The position numbers were made by a program, and so were the translations under genes. A DNA stretch of 64,000 bases from Bacteriovoracia bacterium (GTDB taxonomy: Bacteria; Bdellovibrionota; Bacteriovoracia; Bacteriovoracales; Bacteriovoracaceae), in NCBI GenBank assembly GCA_046570105.1, contig JBKHVI010000006.1:1-64000 (forward strand), given 5' to 3'. Each line of letters opens with the position of its first letter. The stretch's first letter is position 1. The notes under the pieces are model-generated. The model saw only the letters and a program-made list of their open reading frames with translations, was not told the origin of the DNA and did no database searches. This document shows, piece after piece, positions 45,761 to 55,409 of this stretch.

Positions 45761-46684
45761 GTGTCGCGCGAAAGATCCAAGGGTATTGTTGGTATTTTTG
45801 TTTTGATCACTGTGTTGTTCACGGTGTTCATGGGTTTTGCCTTCTATACCATCGCTGGTTTAAAAGACACCTCTGACATTACTGCTAAGGCCATGAAAGG
45901 TGATGAGGACGGTCCGATTGCCGTGATCACCATTGAAGGCGCGATTATGGAATCAAAGAAAGTCGTGCAACTCTTGCATGCCGCTGAAGAAGAAGAATCA
46001 ATCAAGGCCATCTTGTTACGTATCGATAGTCCGGGGGGAGCTGTCGCCCCGACCCAAGAGATCTACGAAGAGATTCGTCGTATTGATGCAAAGAAGCCAA
46101 TCTTCTCATCATTTGGAAGCCTTGCCGCTTCGGGTGGCTACTACATCGGTGCGGCCACTCGTAAAATCTATGCCAGCCCAGGCACACTCACTGGCTCGAT
46201 CGGTGTGATCATGCAGTTTGCTGATATGTCAGAGCTGTTTGCCTTCGCTAAATTTAAACCGGGTGTGATTAAGGCCGGTAAGTATAAAGATGTGGGCTCT
46301 CCTCATCGTCCGATGACAGAAGAAGAGAAAGGCATTTTGCATGCCAGCCTTCAGGTGACTCATAAGCAATTCATCAATGATATTTTGAAGACGCGTGAAG
46401 ATCGTTTGAATAAAAAACCGGAAGAGTTTGCTCAAGGGCAGATCTTCAACGGCGAAGAGGCCCTCGCGATTGGTTTGGTCGATGAGCTTGCCGGTATGTG
46501 GGAAGCTGGCCGTCGTATTCACAAGGATCTGAAGTTGAAAGAGAAGCACGGACTTCGTTTCATCAAGCCGAAGAAAAAGAAAATGAGTTTTATGGATCTT
46601 CTGCAAGAAGGCGAAGAAGCGATTTCATTTATTAAAGAAAGTTTGGTTCGTCGTAGTGGACCGGCTTTTCTACTGACTTGGTAA
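45761..46684 (+). CDS. sppA: Signal peptide peptidase SppA (S49)
   Basis: RIDSPGG, AASGGYYI, TGSIGVI, AGKYKD, GLVDE; GTG start after GGAGGAG. Confidence 0.93.
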   Translation: MSRERSKGIVGIFVLITVLFTVFMGFAFYTIAGLKDTSDITAKAMKGDEDGPIAVITIEGAIMESKKVVQLLHAAEEEESIKAILLRIDSPGGAVAPTQEIYEEIRRIDAKKPIFSSFGSLAASGGYYIGAATRKIYASPGTLTGSIGVIMQFADMSELFAFAKFKPGVIKAGKYKDVGSPHRPMTEEEKGILHASLQVTHKQFINDILKTREDRLNKKPEEFAQGQIFNGEEALAIGLVDELAGMWEAGRRIHKDLKLKEKHGLRFIKPKKKKMSFMDLLQEGEEAISFIKESLVRRSGPAFLLTW

Positions 46685-46685
46685 G

Positions 46686-47921
46686 GTGCTGATGGATTGG
46701 CCGCTCGTTCTTGATTGGATTAAGGACAACCTCTTAACTGTTGCTGCTGTTGTGATCACGGGTGTTCTCATTTACCACTATGTAATTGAGCGTGATCGTG
46801 CCGTAAAACTATCTAAAAAATACCGTAACAGTATTTTTGAAGCTCAATCGCGTATCTTTTTGAACGCCACTCAATACCTCATCTCAGGAAATAAAGATTT
46901 GGCGATCAAAGAATTTTTGAACGCCGTTGATCTTAATCGTGAAACGATTGATACCTATTTCGCCTTGGGCGGGCTGTTCCGATCGAACGGAGAAGTCGAA
47001 AAAGCCATTTCCATTCACCGCTCACTGATCGCTCGCGAAAACATTTCAGAATCAACACGTTTGATGGCCTTGAAAGAGCTGGCAGTGGATTTCGATAAGG
47101 GTGGCTTTGTTGATAAGGCGATTGAAACCTATAAAGACGTTTTGAAAATTAATCGCGATCAGTACGATGTGATTCAAAATCTTTGTCGAATCTATGAAGA
47201 CACGGAAGATTGGGATCAGGCCTATAACTATCGCATCATGCTTTCTAAAGTGGGTCATGAGAATCAGAGTGAGACTATCTCCCACATTCTCGTACAAAAA
47301 GCTAAGGCGCAATTTGAGAAGGGAAGCTTTCGTCAGGCCGTCGAGGATCTCGACGATGCATTTCGTTTTGCACCTTCGGTGTCAGCTAAGATTTTGCGAC
47401 TAAAATTGTTCTTAGTGCAAGGCCAGATGGAGGATGCCAACATCCTGCTTCTTGAACTCTTGAAAGAACATCCGATGTACTCATCTTTCTTGTTCGTTAC
47501 TTTGGATGAGTTTCAAAAAAGTCTTCCCTATGCGACTGAATATTTTCAACGTCTCGATCAATTGAAGCAATCATTCCTGAATATGCAGGATGTGGATTTG
47601 ATGAGCGCACCTTCGGTCATTCTTTCAAAGATTCGTTTGTTGAAAGCGGTCGAACGCTCTCAAGAGGCTTTTGAGCTTTTAGATAAATGGATGAAGACCC
47701 ATGGTCAAAGTGATGTGCTTAAAATGGAGTACATCAAACTTCTGATTGCCGTGGGAAGAAGCCAAGATGCTCTTGATCAAACTCAAGAACTTTTGAATAC
47801 ACTTCGCAGTTCTCTGACTCGTCACTTCTGTTCTCAGTGTGGCTACAATTCGGATGAAATTTTCTGGCGTTGTCCGCAATGTCATAATTGGGAAACCATT
47901 CAATTTAGGTGGAAAGTGTGA
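46686..47921 (+). CDS. lapB: LPS assembly protein LapB-like (TM + TPR + rubredoxin)
   Basis: ALG.LFRS.GE.EKAI.IH..L, LA.DF.K.G..D.A, C-terminal CSQCG....FWRCPQC..W.T. Confidence 0.85.
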   Translation: MLMDWPLVLDWIKDNLLTVAAVVITGVLIYHYVIERDRAVKLSKKYRNSIFEAQSRIFLNATQYLISGNKDLAIKEFLNAVDLNRETIDTYFALGGLFRSNGEVEKAISIHRSLIARENISESTRLMALKELAVDFDKGGFVDKAIETYKDVLKINRDQYDVIQNLCRIYEDTEDWDQAYNYRIMLSKVGHENQSETISHILVQKAKAQFEKGSFRQAVEDLDDAFRFAPSVSAKILRLKLFLVQGQMEDANILLLELLKEHPMYSSFLFVTLDEFQKSLPYATEYFQRLDQLKQSFLNMQDVDLMSAPSVILSKIRLLKAVERSQEAFELLDKWMKTHGQSDVLKMEYIKLLIAVGRSQDALDQTQELLNTLRSSLTRHFCSQCGYNSDEIFWRCPQCHNWETIQFRWKV

Positions 47922-48301
47922 GGAGTGCACTCCTTGTGCTGTTATTTTCCGTTTCTGCTTGGGCGCAAGATAAAGCGGTGGGAGTTTTTTATTTTACTCC
48001 GATCTTGGGCCATGTTCACCAATCACCAGCGCGCACATCTCCTAGCCTGACGACGATTCAATGTGGTCATCCATTAAAAGTGATTGAAGATAGTAAGGTT
48101 ATTATCGGTGAAGAGTGGTCGCTCGTAAGTGTTGCCGACTGGAAAGGCTTCGTTTGGAAAAAACATCTCGCGACTAAGAAGCCAGATTGTATCCAATCCA
48201 GATATCCCAAGTTTTTCGATGGGCTCTCTCTCGATCTCGCTGAATTATATTACTGGGGTCGCTTACACGATCACTGGACTGAAGGGCAGGTGAGGCCATG
48301 A
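47909..48301 (+). CDS. Secreted hypothetical protein (SH3-like)
   Basis: Signal peptide; HQSP...S...T.I..G..L.V....W..V......GFV resembles bacterial SH3. The start may be GTG 47918. Confidence 0.55.
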   Translation: MESVRSALLVLLFSVSAWAQDKAVGVFYFTPILGHVHQSPARTSPSLTTIQCGHPLKVIEDSKVIIGEEWSLVSVADWKGFVWKKHLATKKPDCIQSRYPKFFDGLSLDLAELYYWGRLHDHWTEGQVRP

Positions 48302-49167
48302 TGTTCAGCTGGATTTTTTATGCCATCTTCAGCGCCTTTGCTCAAGACACGACATTGGCGCAGGAAAAAGAACTTGATGTAGTGGACTTCCAGCATGTCA
48401 AAGATGTCTTGAAGAAAGATGGTCTGATGCAAGAAGTGCAAAAGAAGAAAAAAGAAGTCAGTCAGATTAGAGAAATTCGTGCCGAAGAAGAGAAGGCACG
48501 ATATTTATGGCCTACTGAAGATGATTTTTGGCCACTAGCGACTGAATACTGGTTAGTAAAAGAAGCACCCTTGTTGTTATGGGATTTTGATCGACCAGAT
48601 TATGGGTTAGAAGGTTCATTTGCGACGGTACTTAAAACGGTCGGTATGTTGCAAAAACGTTATAGGATTTTGGCGCTCAATGCTCCGGCGCCAGGACACC
48701 TCGGATTACCATGGTCGGATCAAGAATTCTGTCTGCTTTTTTCGGTACCATTTGTACGTGCAATGGATCTAAGTAAATTAGAAATTTCGCTCCTCCTTCT
48801 CGAAGATGTTTTACGTTTACAAGAAGGATGGTTGAAAGATTTTGCCCGACCGGCCAATCTAAAAACTCTGGTAGGTAGTAATTTCCAAGGGAAAAAGCCT
48901 GATTACTCTGCCTTTTATGAGGTCGGTAAGTCTTATCGCAAGTTCTTAAGTGAAAAGGGCTACAGCTTTCAGCAACAATTTAAGATCACAAAAAAAATGA
49001 ACGATCTTTTAAAGTCGCATCCGGATTTATGGAATGCTTATGTACGATTGTTAGGAAAGATTGATCGACTGGTGAAAGGCAATCGTCAGTTTGCCGATTA
49101 CGTAAAACTTTATCCTTCTCCTGAAATGCAGATTCGTTGGCTTGCGCCCGAGGAAAAAGTTCCGTGA
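48298..49167 (+). CDS. Secreted protein, M48-peptidase-like but lacking HEXXH
   Basis: RILALNAPAPGHLGLP...LLFS..FVRAMDLS..EISLLLLEDVLR, GYS, YPSPEMQI. Confidence 0.5.
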   Translation: MMFSWIFYAIFSAFAQDTTLAQEKELDVVDFQHVKDVLKKDGLMQEVQKKKKEVSQIREIRAEEEKARYLWPTEDDFWPLATEYWLVKEAPLLLWDFDRPDYGLEGSFATVLKTVGMLQKRYRILALNAPAPGHLGLPWSDQEFCLLFSVPFVRAMDLSKLEISLLLLEDVLRLQEGWLKDFARPANLKTLVGSNFQGKKPDYSAFYEVGKSYRKFLSEKGYSFQQQFKITKKMNDLLKSHPDLWNAYVRLLGKIDRLVKGNRQFADYVKLYPSPEMQIRWLAPEEKVP

Positions 49168-50006
49168 TTCTTGATATGACCCTTGATGAAAAGCTGGATT
49201 TTCGGCGCAATCTTCGATGGTGGTCTTTCTATATTCTCATTCAAGTGACCTGCCATATTTGTCTTAGTTCTATTGGCGCTTTTTTCCATTTCTTGCTCGA
49301 TCACGGCATCTCCTTGGTTGAAGGGTGGCTGCATAATAATGGTTGGGAGCTGGCGGTCGTTTCAAAACTCTTTGCTCTGTGGATTGTTCATCGCATGCTG
49401 CGTATTCGTTTATATAATCCGCGAGGATTACGAGATTTTGTTAAGGGCCAAGGACGCTGGCCTGATCAGCGAGCGATTGTTGTTTCGGTAGTGCTATTAA
49501 TCGTACTTATTTTGGTTGGTGGCCCCGTTCATCAGGTCCAAAATTCGAGTTATTTGAGTTATCACATCGTTTCATTTTTTGCCGCGGCCACTTGGCTAAT
49601 CGCCGACTATTTTACTGCAGCAATTTTACAAGATCTGTTTCCTGTCACTCATAAAAAGGCCAATCGTTGGCGCCTAGCAGTTTATCTTTTAGGTTTTTGG
49701 ATTTCTTTTCGTTTGGTTGTTCCAGACTATTTTGGAACAAGCGTTATGATGTATCTGCATTTTTTAGTGCTTCTCCTTATGACTGGAAATCATCTTCAGC
49801 ATTTAGGTAATGCCTTAGCATATGTGTTACTGATGGCAGCCCCCAGTGCTGCACTCTTAGGGGTAGATCCAATTTGGGGAGCAGATTTCTCTCCATTCAA
49901 ATTAATTAGAATGCCGCCAGCACCTTTCCTTCTGTTGGTGTGGGTGCTATCTTTGTTCTACTATCGTTACCGTCATCGCTGGCGCTGGCGTTTTCCTGTT
50001 TCATAG
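49164..50006 (+). CDS. Polytopic membrane protein
   Basis: About 7-8 hydrophobic segments; GTGA overlap with the upstream stop. Confidence 0.6.
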   Translation: MILDMTLDEKLDFRRNLRWWSFYILIQVTCHICLSSIGAFFHFLLDHGISLVEGWLHNNGWELAVVSKLFALWIVHRMLRIRLYNPRGLRDFVKGQGRWPDQRAIVVSVVLLIVLILVGGPVHQVQNSSYLSYHIVSFFAAATWLIADYFTAAILQDLFPVTHKKANRWRLAVYLLGFWISFRLVVPDYFGTSVMMYLHFLVLLLMTGNHLQHLGNALAYVLLMAAPSAALLGVDPIWGADFSPFKLIRMPPAPFLLLVWVLSLFYYRYRHRWRWRFPVS

Positions 50007-50041
50007 AGGAAAACTACGCGCCCGACACAAAGGAGTGTGGT

Positions 50042-50740
50042 GTGCACGGCAATCTCAATATCTGGGAAATTCTTTGGCAATCTGGTCCAGTTGTAAAAAT
50101 CGTACTGCTACTTTTGGTAGCATGCTCGGTTCTTTCGTGGGCGATCATCATTCAAAAGATGAAAGAACTCAAAACTGTCGATGAGGCCAACTCTAAGTTT
50201 ATGAGTGCGTTTCAAGGCAACACCAATATGGGTGAGCTTTTTCAAGCGGCGATGGGTAATCATGATTCCACCATGGGCCTGATGTATCGCCGCGGTTATG
50301 AAGAAATTAATCGCCTTAACGAAAAGTTGTTAGATAAAGCGGCGCTTGCCGAATATCTCAAAAGCCAAAACTTTGTTCCCGTAGAGCGCGCTTTAAAACT
50401 AGGCGTTTCACAAGCGCAAGAAAAACTCGATCTGCGTATTGCTACACTTGCTACTATTGGAGCAGTTGCACCCTTTATTGGTTTGTTTGGAACTGTTTGG
50501 GGAATCATTGATGCCTTCTCTGGTCTCGCATCTGGCGGAGGCTCAATCGAAGCAGTCGCTCCTGGTATTGCTGAAGCCTTGGTTGCCACAGCAGTAGGCC
50601 TTGCGGCCGCTATTCCGGCCGTGTGGTTTTTTAACGGATTCAATACTCGCTTGGCCCGTATGTCGGGTCAGATGGAAGCGTTTGGACAAGACTTTTTAAA
50701 TATGGTGGAGCGTTCATTACTTTCGCTTCGTCGTGAGTAA
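50042..50740 (+). CDS. tolQ: TolQ
   Basis: LATIGAVAPFIGLFGTVWGI, VAPGIAEALVATAVGL.AAIPAV; GTG start after AAGGAG. Confidence 0.92.
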   Translation: MHGNLNIWEILWQSGPVVKIVLLLLVACSVLSWAIIIQKMKELKTVDEANSKFMSAFQGNTNMGELFQAAMGNHDSTMGLMYRRGYEEINRLNEKLLDKAALAEYLKSQNFVPVERALKLGVSQAQEKLDLRIATLATIGAVAPFIGLFGTVWGIIDAFSGLASGGGSIEAVAPGIAEALVATAVGLAAAIPAVWFFNGFNTRLARMSGQMEAFGQDFLNMVERSLLSLRRE

Positions 50741-50748
50741 GAGGTTGT

Positions 50749-51162
50749 ATGGCATTTTCCACTGGAAATAAAAAAGGTCCCATCGGCGATATCAACGTAA
50801 CTCCACTGGTGGATGTTATGTTGGTACTTTTAGTTATCTTCATGGTGACGGCACCGATGATGTTTAGTGGTATCCCTTTGAAGCTTCCTAAAACAGGAAA
50901 AGTTTCTCCACTTAATATGCGTCCAGAATTGGTCATTTTATCTGTTACGGTTGGCGAAGAATTTTTCTTAGGCAAAGAAAAAGTGGCTCGTGATGTGTTG
51001 GTCACTCAAATCAATGCCAAGCTTAAGGCCAACAATACGGACGTGGTCTATTTACGTGCTGACTATGAATTGAAGTATGAGAAAGTAGCAAAGCTCATCT
51101 CGGCTTTAAAAAATGCCGGCATCTCCAATATCGCACTCGTGACTGAAATCGAGAAAACGTAA
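50749..51162 (+). CDS. tolR: TolR
   Basis: INVTPLVDVMLVLLVIFMVTAPM, LRAD....Y. Confidence 0.92.
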   Translation: MAFSTGNKKGPIGDINVTPLVDVMLVLLVIFMVTAPMMFSGIPLKLPKTGKVSPLNMRPELVILSVTVGEEFFLGKEKVARDVLVTQINAKLKANNTDVVYLRADYELKYEKVAKLISALKNAGISNIALVTEIEKT

Positions 51163-51172
51163 AGGATCATAC

Positions 51173-51973
51173 TTGAACGTTTGGGAGCGCGACCGTCATT
51201 TCGTTTCTGATGATTTTAAATCTAGCTTCATGCTGGCGATCGCTCTGCATCTCTTTTTAATCATGATTGCCTTCATTGCCGGCCGAGTGATTTATAAAAC
51301 CATGAAACCCGACGCAGCGATGGAAATCATGCGAGCTTCTGTGCGAGTTGATGTTGTCGGCATGCCTAAGATGACTCTGCAGGAACTCAAAGAAATGCAA
51401 TTGCCTGCAGAAGCACCAACGACTGAACCCAATCCTGCTGAAGCCACCAAAACTGAAATCACCGAAGCACCAGCGAAGCCTGATGATGTGGTCATGCCCG
51501 ATGAGAAAAAAACCACCAAGTCTTTTTCAAACTTTCTGCAAGAATACAGTACAAAAAAAGTGAAGACTTCTACCAAAACCAAACAAGGTGATCGTGCTGG
51601 TAAGCCGACTGGTCTTGATAGTTTGATCGTCGAAGGTAATCGTTTGAGCAAGGGAACAGCTCTCACGGGTGATACCAGTGATATGGCGAACTCGGCTTTT
51701 GTTGGCTACGTGCAAACACTGCCTGATCAAGTACGAGAGCATTGGCGTCTGCCGGGCTTTTTGCGTGAACAGCAATTGAAGTGCCGCATTCATATTTGGA
51801 TTGGGTTACGTGGAGAAATTTTAAAAACTGAAATTCGTGAATCCAGTGGCAATAGTGAGTTTGATTCAAAAGCAGAAGCAGCAGTCAGAGCGGCGGCACC
51901 CTTTGGAGCACCACCTGTCGATGCCGCCCCTCAGCTATCAGCTCGCGGTATAATTCTAGGTTTCCCACTCTGA
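51173..51973 (+). CDS. tolA: TolA/TonB-family energy transducer
   Basis: TM anchor with LH, Pro/Glu/Lys linker, C-terminal W..P...SSGN.EFD..A..AV..AAPF; lies between tolR and tolB. Confidence 0.82.
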   Translation: MNVWERDRHFVSDDFKSSFMLAIALHLFLIMIAFIAGRVIYKTMKPDAAMEIMRASVRVDVVGMPKMTLQELKEMQLPAEAPTTEPNPAEATKTEITEAPAKPDDVVMPDEKKTTKSFSNFLQEYSTKKVKTSTKTKQGDRAGKPTGLDSLIVEGNRLSKGTALTGDTSDMANSAFVGYVQTLPDQVREHWRLPGFLREQQLKCRIHIWIGLRGEILKTEIRESSGNSEFDSKAEAAVRAAAPFGAPPVDAAPQLSARGIILGFPL

Positions 51974-51983
51974 AGGAGTTGTT

Positions 51984-53324
51984 ATGAAGTTCTTTTTTGC
52001 GATCTGTTTATTTTCTTTTTCATTGCTGAGCTACTCACAAGAGGAAGGAAAAGTTTCAGTTATCGCAGTGGGTGAGGCACAAGCAGAGAAAGACCAAGTC
52101 GCTTTCGGGACGGCGCAAGTCGTGGGTACGATGACCCCTGCTCAATCTAAAGTGATGAATGAGCTGATGGGACTGATTAAAAACGATTTTGCTTTTTATA
52201 AGCATCGCTTGGAAGCCGTTGAATTGTCAGGTCCTGTAACTGCACCTCAATGGGATGAATGGAGTTCTAAGCAATTTGTCATTGGAATAAAAGCCGAGGG
52301 AGCAGGTGCCGGAGTGAAGCTCACTGCGGAAGTGTATAGTGTTTTAAAGCGACAAAGTATGGGCAGTGATTCAATTACCGCCGCAGGCATAAATGTACGT
52401 GATCAAGGCCATAAACTGGCCGATGCCATTTATCGTAAAATCACCGGCAAAAAATCAGTCTTCCAAGAAAAGATTATTTTTGTCTCGGATCGCTCGACAG
52501 TTGGGAAAGACACCAGAAAAGAGCTCTACAGTATGGACTTCGATGGCCGCCGAGTAGAGCGTCTGACATTTTTTAATTCCACCGTTATTTCTCCGTCGGT
52601 GGCGCCAGGCAATCGCAGTATTATTTTTTCTTTGATTCAGTCACATAAACAGACTGATCGTAAAAACAAAGAAACCAAAAACATCGATTTAAAAGTGCTA
52701 GATCGTGACACCAAAAAATTCACCACTGTCTCGGGCCATCCGGGAGTGAACTCAGGTGCCGTTTATAGTGCTGATGGAAAAAGCATCTATTTTACTCTCA
52801 CGAAATCAGGCAACGCTGATATCTATGAAATGAATCTTGCGACTAAGCAGTTGCGCCAGATTACCAAGCACTATGCGGATGATGTTGATCCCACTGTGAC
52901 TGCCGATGGAAACAGTATGAGTTTTCTGTCGAATCGCGCTGGCAAAGCGCACATCTATATCATGGATCCTCGTGGCAATGATCAGGCCGCCCGTCGTGTG
53001 AGTTTTGTTGGTCAATTCAACGCTTCTCCACGCTATTCACCCAACGGCCAAGCGATTGTCTTTACCTCGTGGGTAGATAATGGCTTTGATCTTTACCGCA
53101 TCGATAGTCAGGGAAATAATCTCGCTCGTCTTACTAAAGACTTTGGCTCGAATGAAGAGCCCTGGTGGTCACCTGATGGCGAGTTCATCATCTTTACATC
53201 TCAACGAGTTCTCTCGCGCTCTAAAGCGCTCCAGGATATCCATATTATGAATCGCGATGGCGAGATCCTGGGTCAGCTCACTCAAGACTTCGGCCGCTGC
53301 TATAGCCCGCGCTGGACGAACTAG
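51984..53324 (+). CDS. tolB: TolB (PD40 beta-propeller)
   Basis: H..AD.IY..ITG, MDFDG, repeated SP/DG propeller blades, E.P.WSPDG. Confidence 0.92.
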   Translation: MKFFFAICLFSFSLLSYSQEEGKVSVIAVGEAQAEKDQVAFGTAQVVGTMTPAQSKVMNELMGLIKNDFAFYKHRLEAVELSGPVTAPQWDEWSSKQFVIGIKAEGAGAGVKLTAEVYSVLKRQSMGSDSITAAGINVRDQGHKLADAIYRKITGKKSVFQEKIIFVSDRSTVGKDTRKELYSMDFDGRRVERLTFFNSTVISPSVAPGNRSIIFSLIQSHKQTDRKNKETKNIDLKVLDRDTKKFTTVSGHPGVNSGAVYSADGKSIYFTLTKSGNADIYEMNLATKQLRQITKHYADDVDPTVTADGNSMSFLSNRAGKAHIYIMDPRGNDQAARRVSFVGQFNASPRYSPNGQAIVFTSWVDNGFDLYRIDSQGNNLARLTKDFGSNEEPWWSPDGEFIIFTSQRVLSRSKALQDIHIMNRDGEILGQLTQDFGRCYSPRWTN

Positions 53325-53338
53325 CCTAATATATAGAC

Positions 53339-53364
53339 GGCCCCCTTGATCCTAGGGGGTTTTT
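53339..53364 (+). terminator. Terminator after tolB
   Basis: GGCCCCCT-N7-AGGGGGTTTTT. Confidence 0.75.
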
Positions 53365-53552
53365 GTTGATATTTCTGTCCAAATCCTAGTTGCTGACTGG
53401 CTAACTATTCAAAACTGCGTGGTTTTTCGTACATTTATTGAACACCGCAGCAAAATAGTCTTGTAATATTTTTAGGCATAATGTACTCTTTTCATAGTTA
53501 CGCATTGCACAAAATGTGTCTTTAAACTCGTTTAAGTGTCAAGGAGTTCAAC

Positions 53553-55064
53553 ATGAAAAGCGCTGCCCTAAAACCTGAGCTAGCTACCCTTTGTACCCAG
53601 CTTCTCTCAAATCTTGATGAGGTAGTATTCTTCTCTCAATTGAGTGGCTTCTTTGCTCAGTCCTTGAACGAACACAAAATCCAAGTTTATGAAGCACTGG
53701 CAGACGGCTCAACTCGTCTAGTTGCTGAGAACGGTTTGTCAGTTGATGGAGCAATCCTTGCGAAAGGCATTGGCCTCTCAGGCTACGTCGCTCGTATGAA
53801 GCGCGCTTATTACTCAAACAATGTTAAGCGTGATCCTATTACAGCTCACTCAACTCGTGATGAAGTAGTAGAAGCTGAGCTTGCTGTTCCAGTCATGATC
53901 GACGGAACTGTCATCGCCACTATCCACGTTCAATCAGCTAATAAAGAGCGTCAGTTCTCTGATAAAGATGTCACGGGCATTAACGAAGATCTGAAAGCTC
54001 TCTCGGCTCCGATTCGTAACATGCGTTTGTACTTGGTTGCTCGTCATATGGCGCGCGAACTTGAAGCAAAGCTCGCTGTTCGTGAACAAGAGCGCATTGC
54101 TGGTCCAAAATTTGATATTAAAACGGGCTCACAAGATAACGGCGAGCGCGTAAATTTGATCGCGGTATCTAAGTCGATGCTTGAAACGATCAATATTGCT
54201 AAGAAGCTTGCCACTCAAGACTTCCCAATCCTTTTGGATGGCGCTCATGGTGTTGGTAAGAAGATTCTTGCTCGCAAAATTCACTTCTGGAGCCACCGTA
54301 AGAACGGCGCTTGTGTCCTTGTTCACTGTACTTCAATGAACGAAGTAGCTTTGGATATCGAGCTTTTTGGTAAAAAAGGTAAGAAGGGCGCGTTTGCAGA
54401 AGCGAACGGCGGCACCTTGATTCTTGATGATATTCAAGCTCTTTCACACAGCTTGCAGGCGAAGATTCTTCGCGCCATGGTGACTGGTGAAGTGGTTTCT
54501 TCAGACAACGAAGAAAAAACTATGATCAACGTACGTGTGATCGCCACTTCGAAAGGAAGCCTTTCTGAAGCTGTTGAAAAAGGTGACTTCAAAGCAGAAC
54601 TTTTCATTCGCTTGAACACCATGAATGTAAAAGTCGCTTCACTTCGCGATCGTACTGAAGATATCCGCGCTATCTCTGAGTTCTTCTTGAACGAAGGCCG
54701 TGCTCAGAATGAAACAAAGATTTTGACGGCAGCTGCTCAAGCAAAATTGGCAGCTTATCACTGGCCAGGAAACGTTCAGGAATTGAAAGGGATCATGGAG
54801 CGCGTCGCCATCGTGGTTGAAGGCCAGTATGTAGACGAAAGCCACCTTCCTGAGTTGCGCTGCGAAGAAGTGAAAGAAGAAGTAAAAATCGAAGTTAAGT
54901 TTGAAGAAGTGGCCCTGCATGACCTCGAGAAGAAGCATATCTTGGCGACACTTGATCACTTGAGTGGCAACAAGACGCGCGCTGCGAAGTCTTTGGGCAT
55001 CACAGTGAAGACGCTTTATAACAAGCTGCACAGTTATGGAATGATCGAGGCTCGCGAGGTTTAA
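53553..55064 (+). CDS. GAF + degenerate sigma54-interaction AAA+ + Fis HTH regulator
   Basis: GAF (G.GLSGYVA..., ELAVPV), ELFG...GGTLILDDI...LQAKILR, WPGNVQEL, GNKTRAAKSLGITVKTLYNKL. Confidence 0.85.
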   Translation: MKSAALKPELATLCTQLLSNLDEVVFFSQLSGFFAQSLNEHKIQVYEALADGSTRLVAENGLSVDGAILAKGIGLSGYVARMKRAYYSNNVKRDPITAHSTRDEVVEAELAVPVMIDGTVIATIHVQSANKERQFSDKDVTGINEDLKALSAPIRNMRLYLVARHMARELEAKLAVREQERIAGPKFDIKTGSQDNGERVNLIAVSKSMLETINIAKKLATQDFPILLDGAHGVGKKILARKIHFWSHRKNGACVLVHCTSMNEVALDIELFGKKGKKGAFAEANGGTLILDDIQALSHSLQAKILRAMVTGEVVSSDNEEKTMINVRVIATSKGSLSEAVEKGDFKAELFIRLNTMNVKVASLRDRTEDIRAISEFFLNEGRAQNETKILTAAAQAKLAAYHWPGNVQELKGIMERVAIVVEGQYVDESHLPELRCEEVKEEVKIEVKFEEVALHDLEKKHILATLDHLSGNKTRAAKSLGITVKTLYNKLHSYGMIEAREV

Positions 55065-55136
55065 TACCCTCGCGTCCTGATCAAGAGTTGTAATCCTTGT
55101 AGCAAAAAAGTATTATTTATCCTTTAAGGAGCTTGT

Positions 55137-55349
55137 ATGAAAGCCACGATCGAAGAAAAAGTAACTCCAGCAGCACCAGAAGTGATGACACTTAAAAACT
55201 TCCGCACTAACAATGCTGATATCGAGAACTTCTACCGCTTCTTGCATGACAACGGGATCCGTCGCGAAGCTGGCATGATGATCGAGTACGCAATGGACAA
55301 GCTAAAGAAGGCCCGTAAAGGCAAGCGCGCAGCTAAAACGTTACAGTAA
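55137..55349 (+). CDS. Small hypothetical protein with a basic tail
   Basis: AAGGAG RBS and its own terminator. Confidence 0.7.
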   Translation: MKATIEEKVTPAAPEVMTLKNFRTNNADIENFYRFLHDNGIRREAGMMIEYAMDKLKKARKGKRAAKTLQ

Positions 55350-55362
55350 AAAATTGATTATT

Positions 55363-55390
55363 AAGGGATCCATGGAGGATCCCTTTTTTT
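55363..55390 (+). terminator. Intrinsic terminator
   Basis: AAGGGATCC-ATGGA-GGATCCCTTTTTTT. Confidence 0.8.
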
Positions 55391-55409
55391 CTCTTCTCAA
55401 AGAAAATAC

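Noticed and set aside
51949..51954. TATAAT at the end of tolA as an internal tolB promoter
   Set aside because: There is no convincing -35 or extended -10, and a lone hexamer is not enough.
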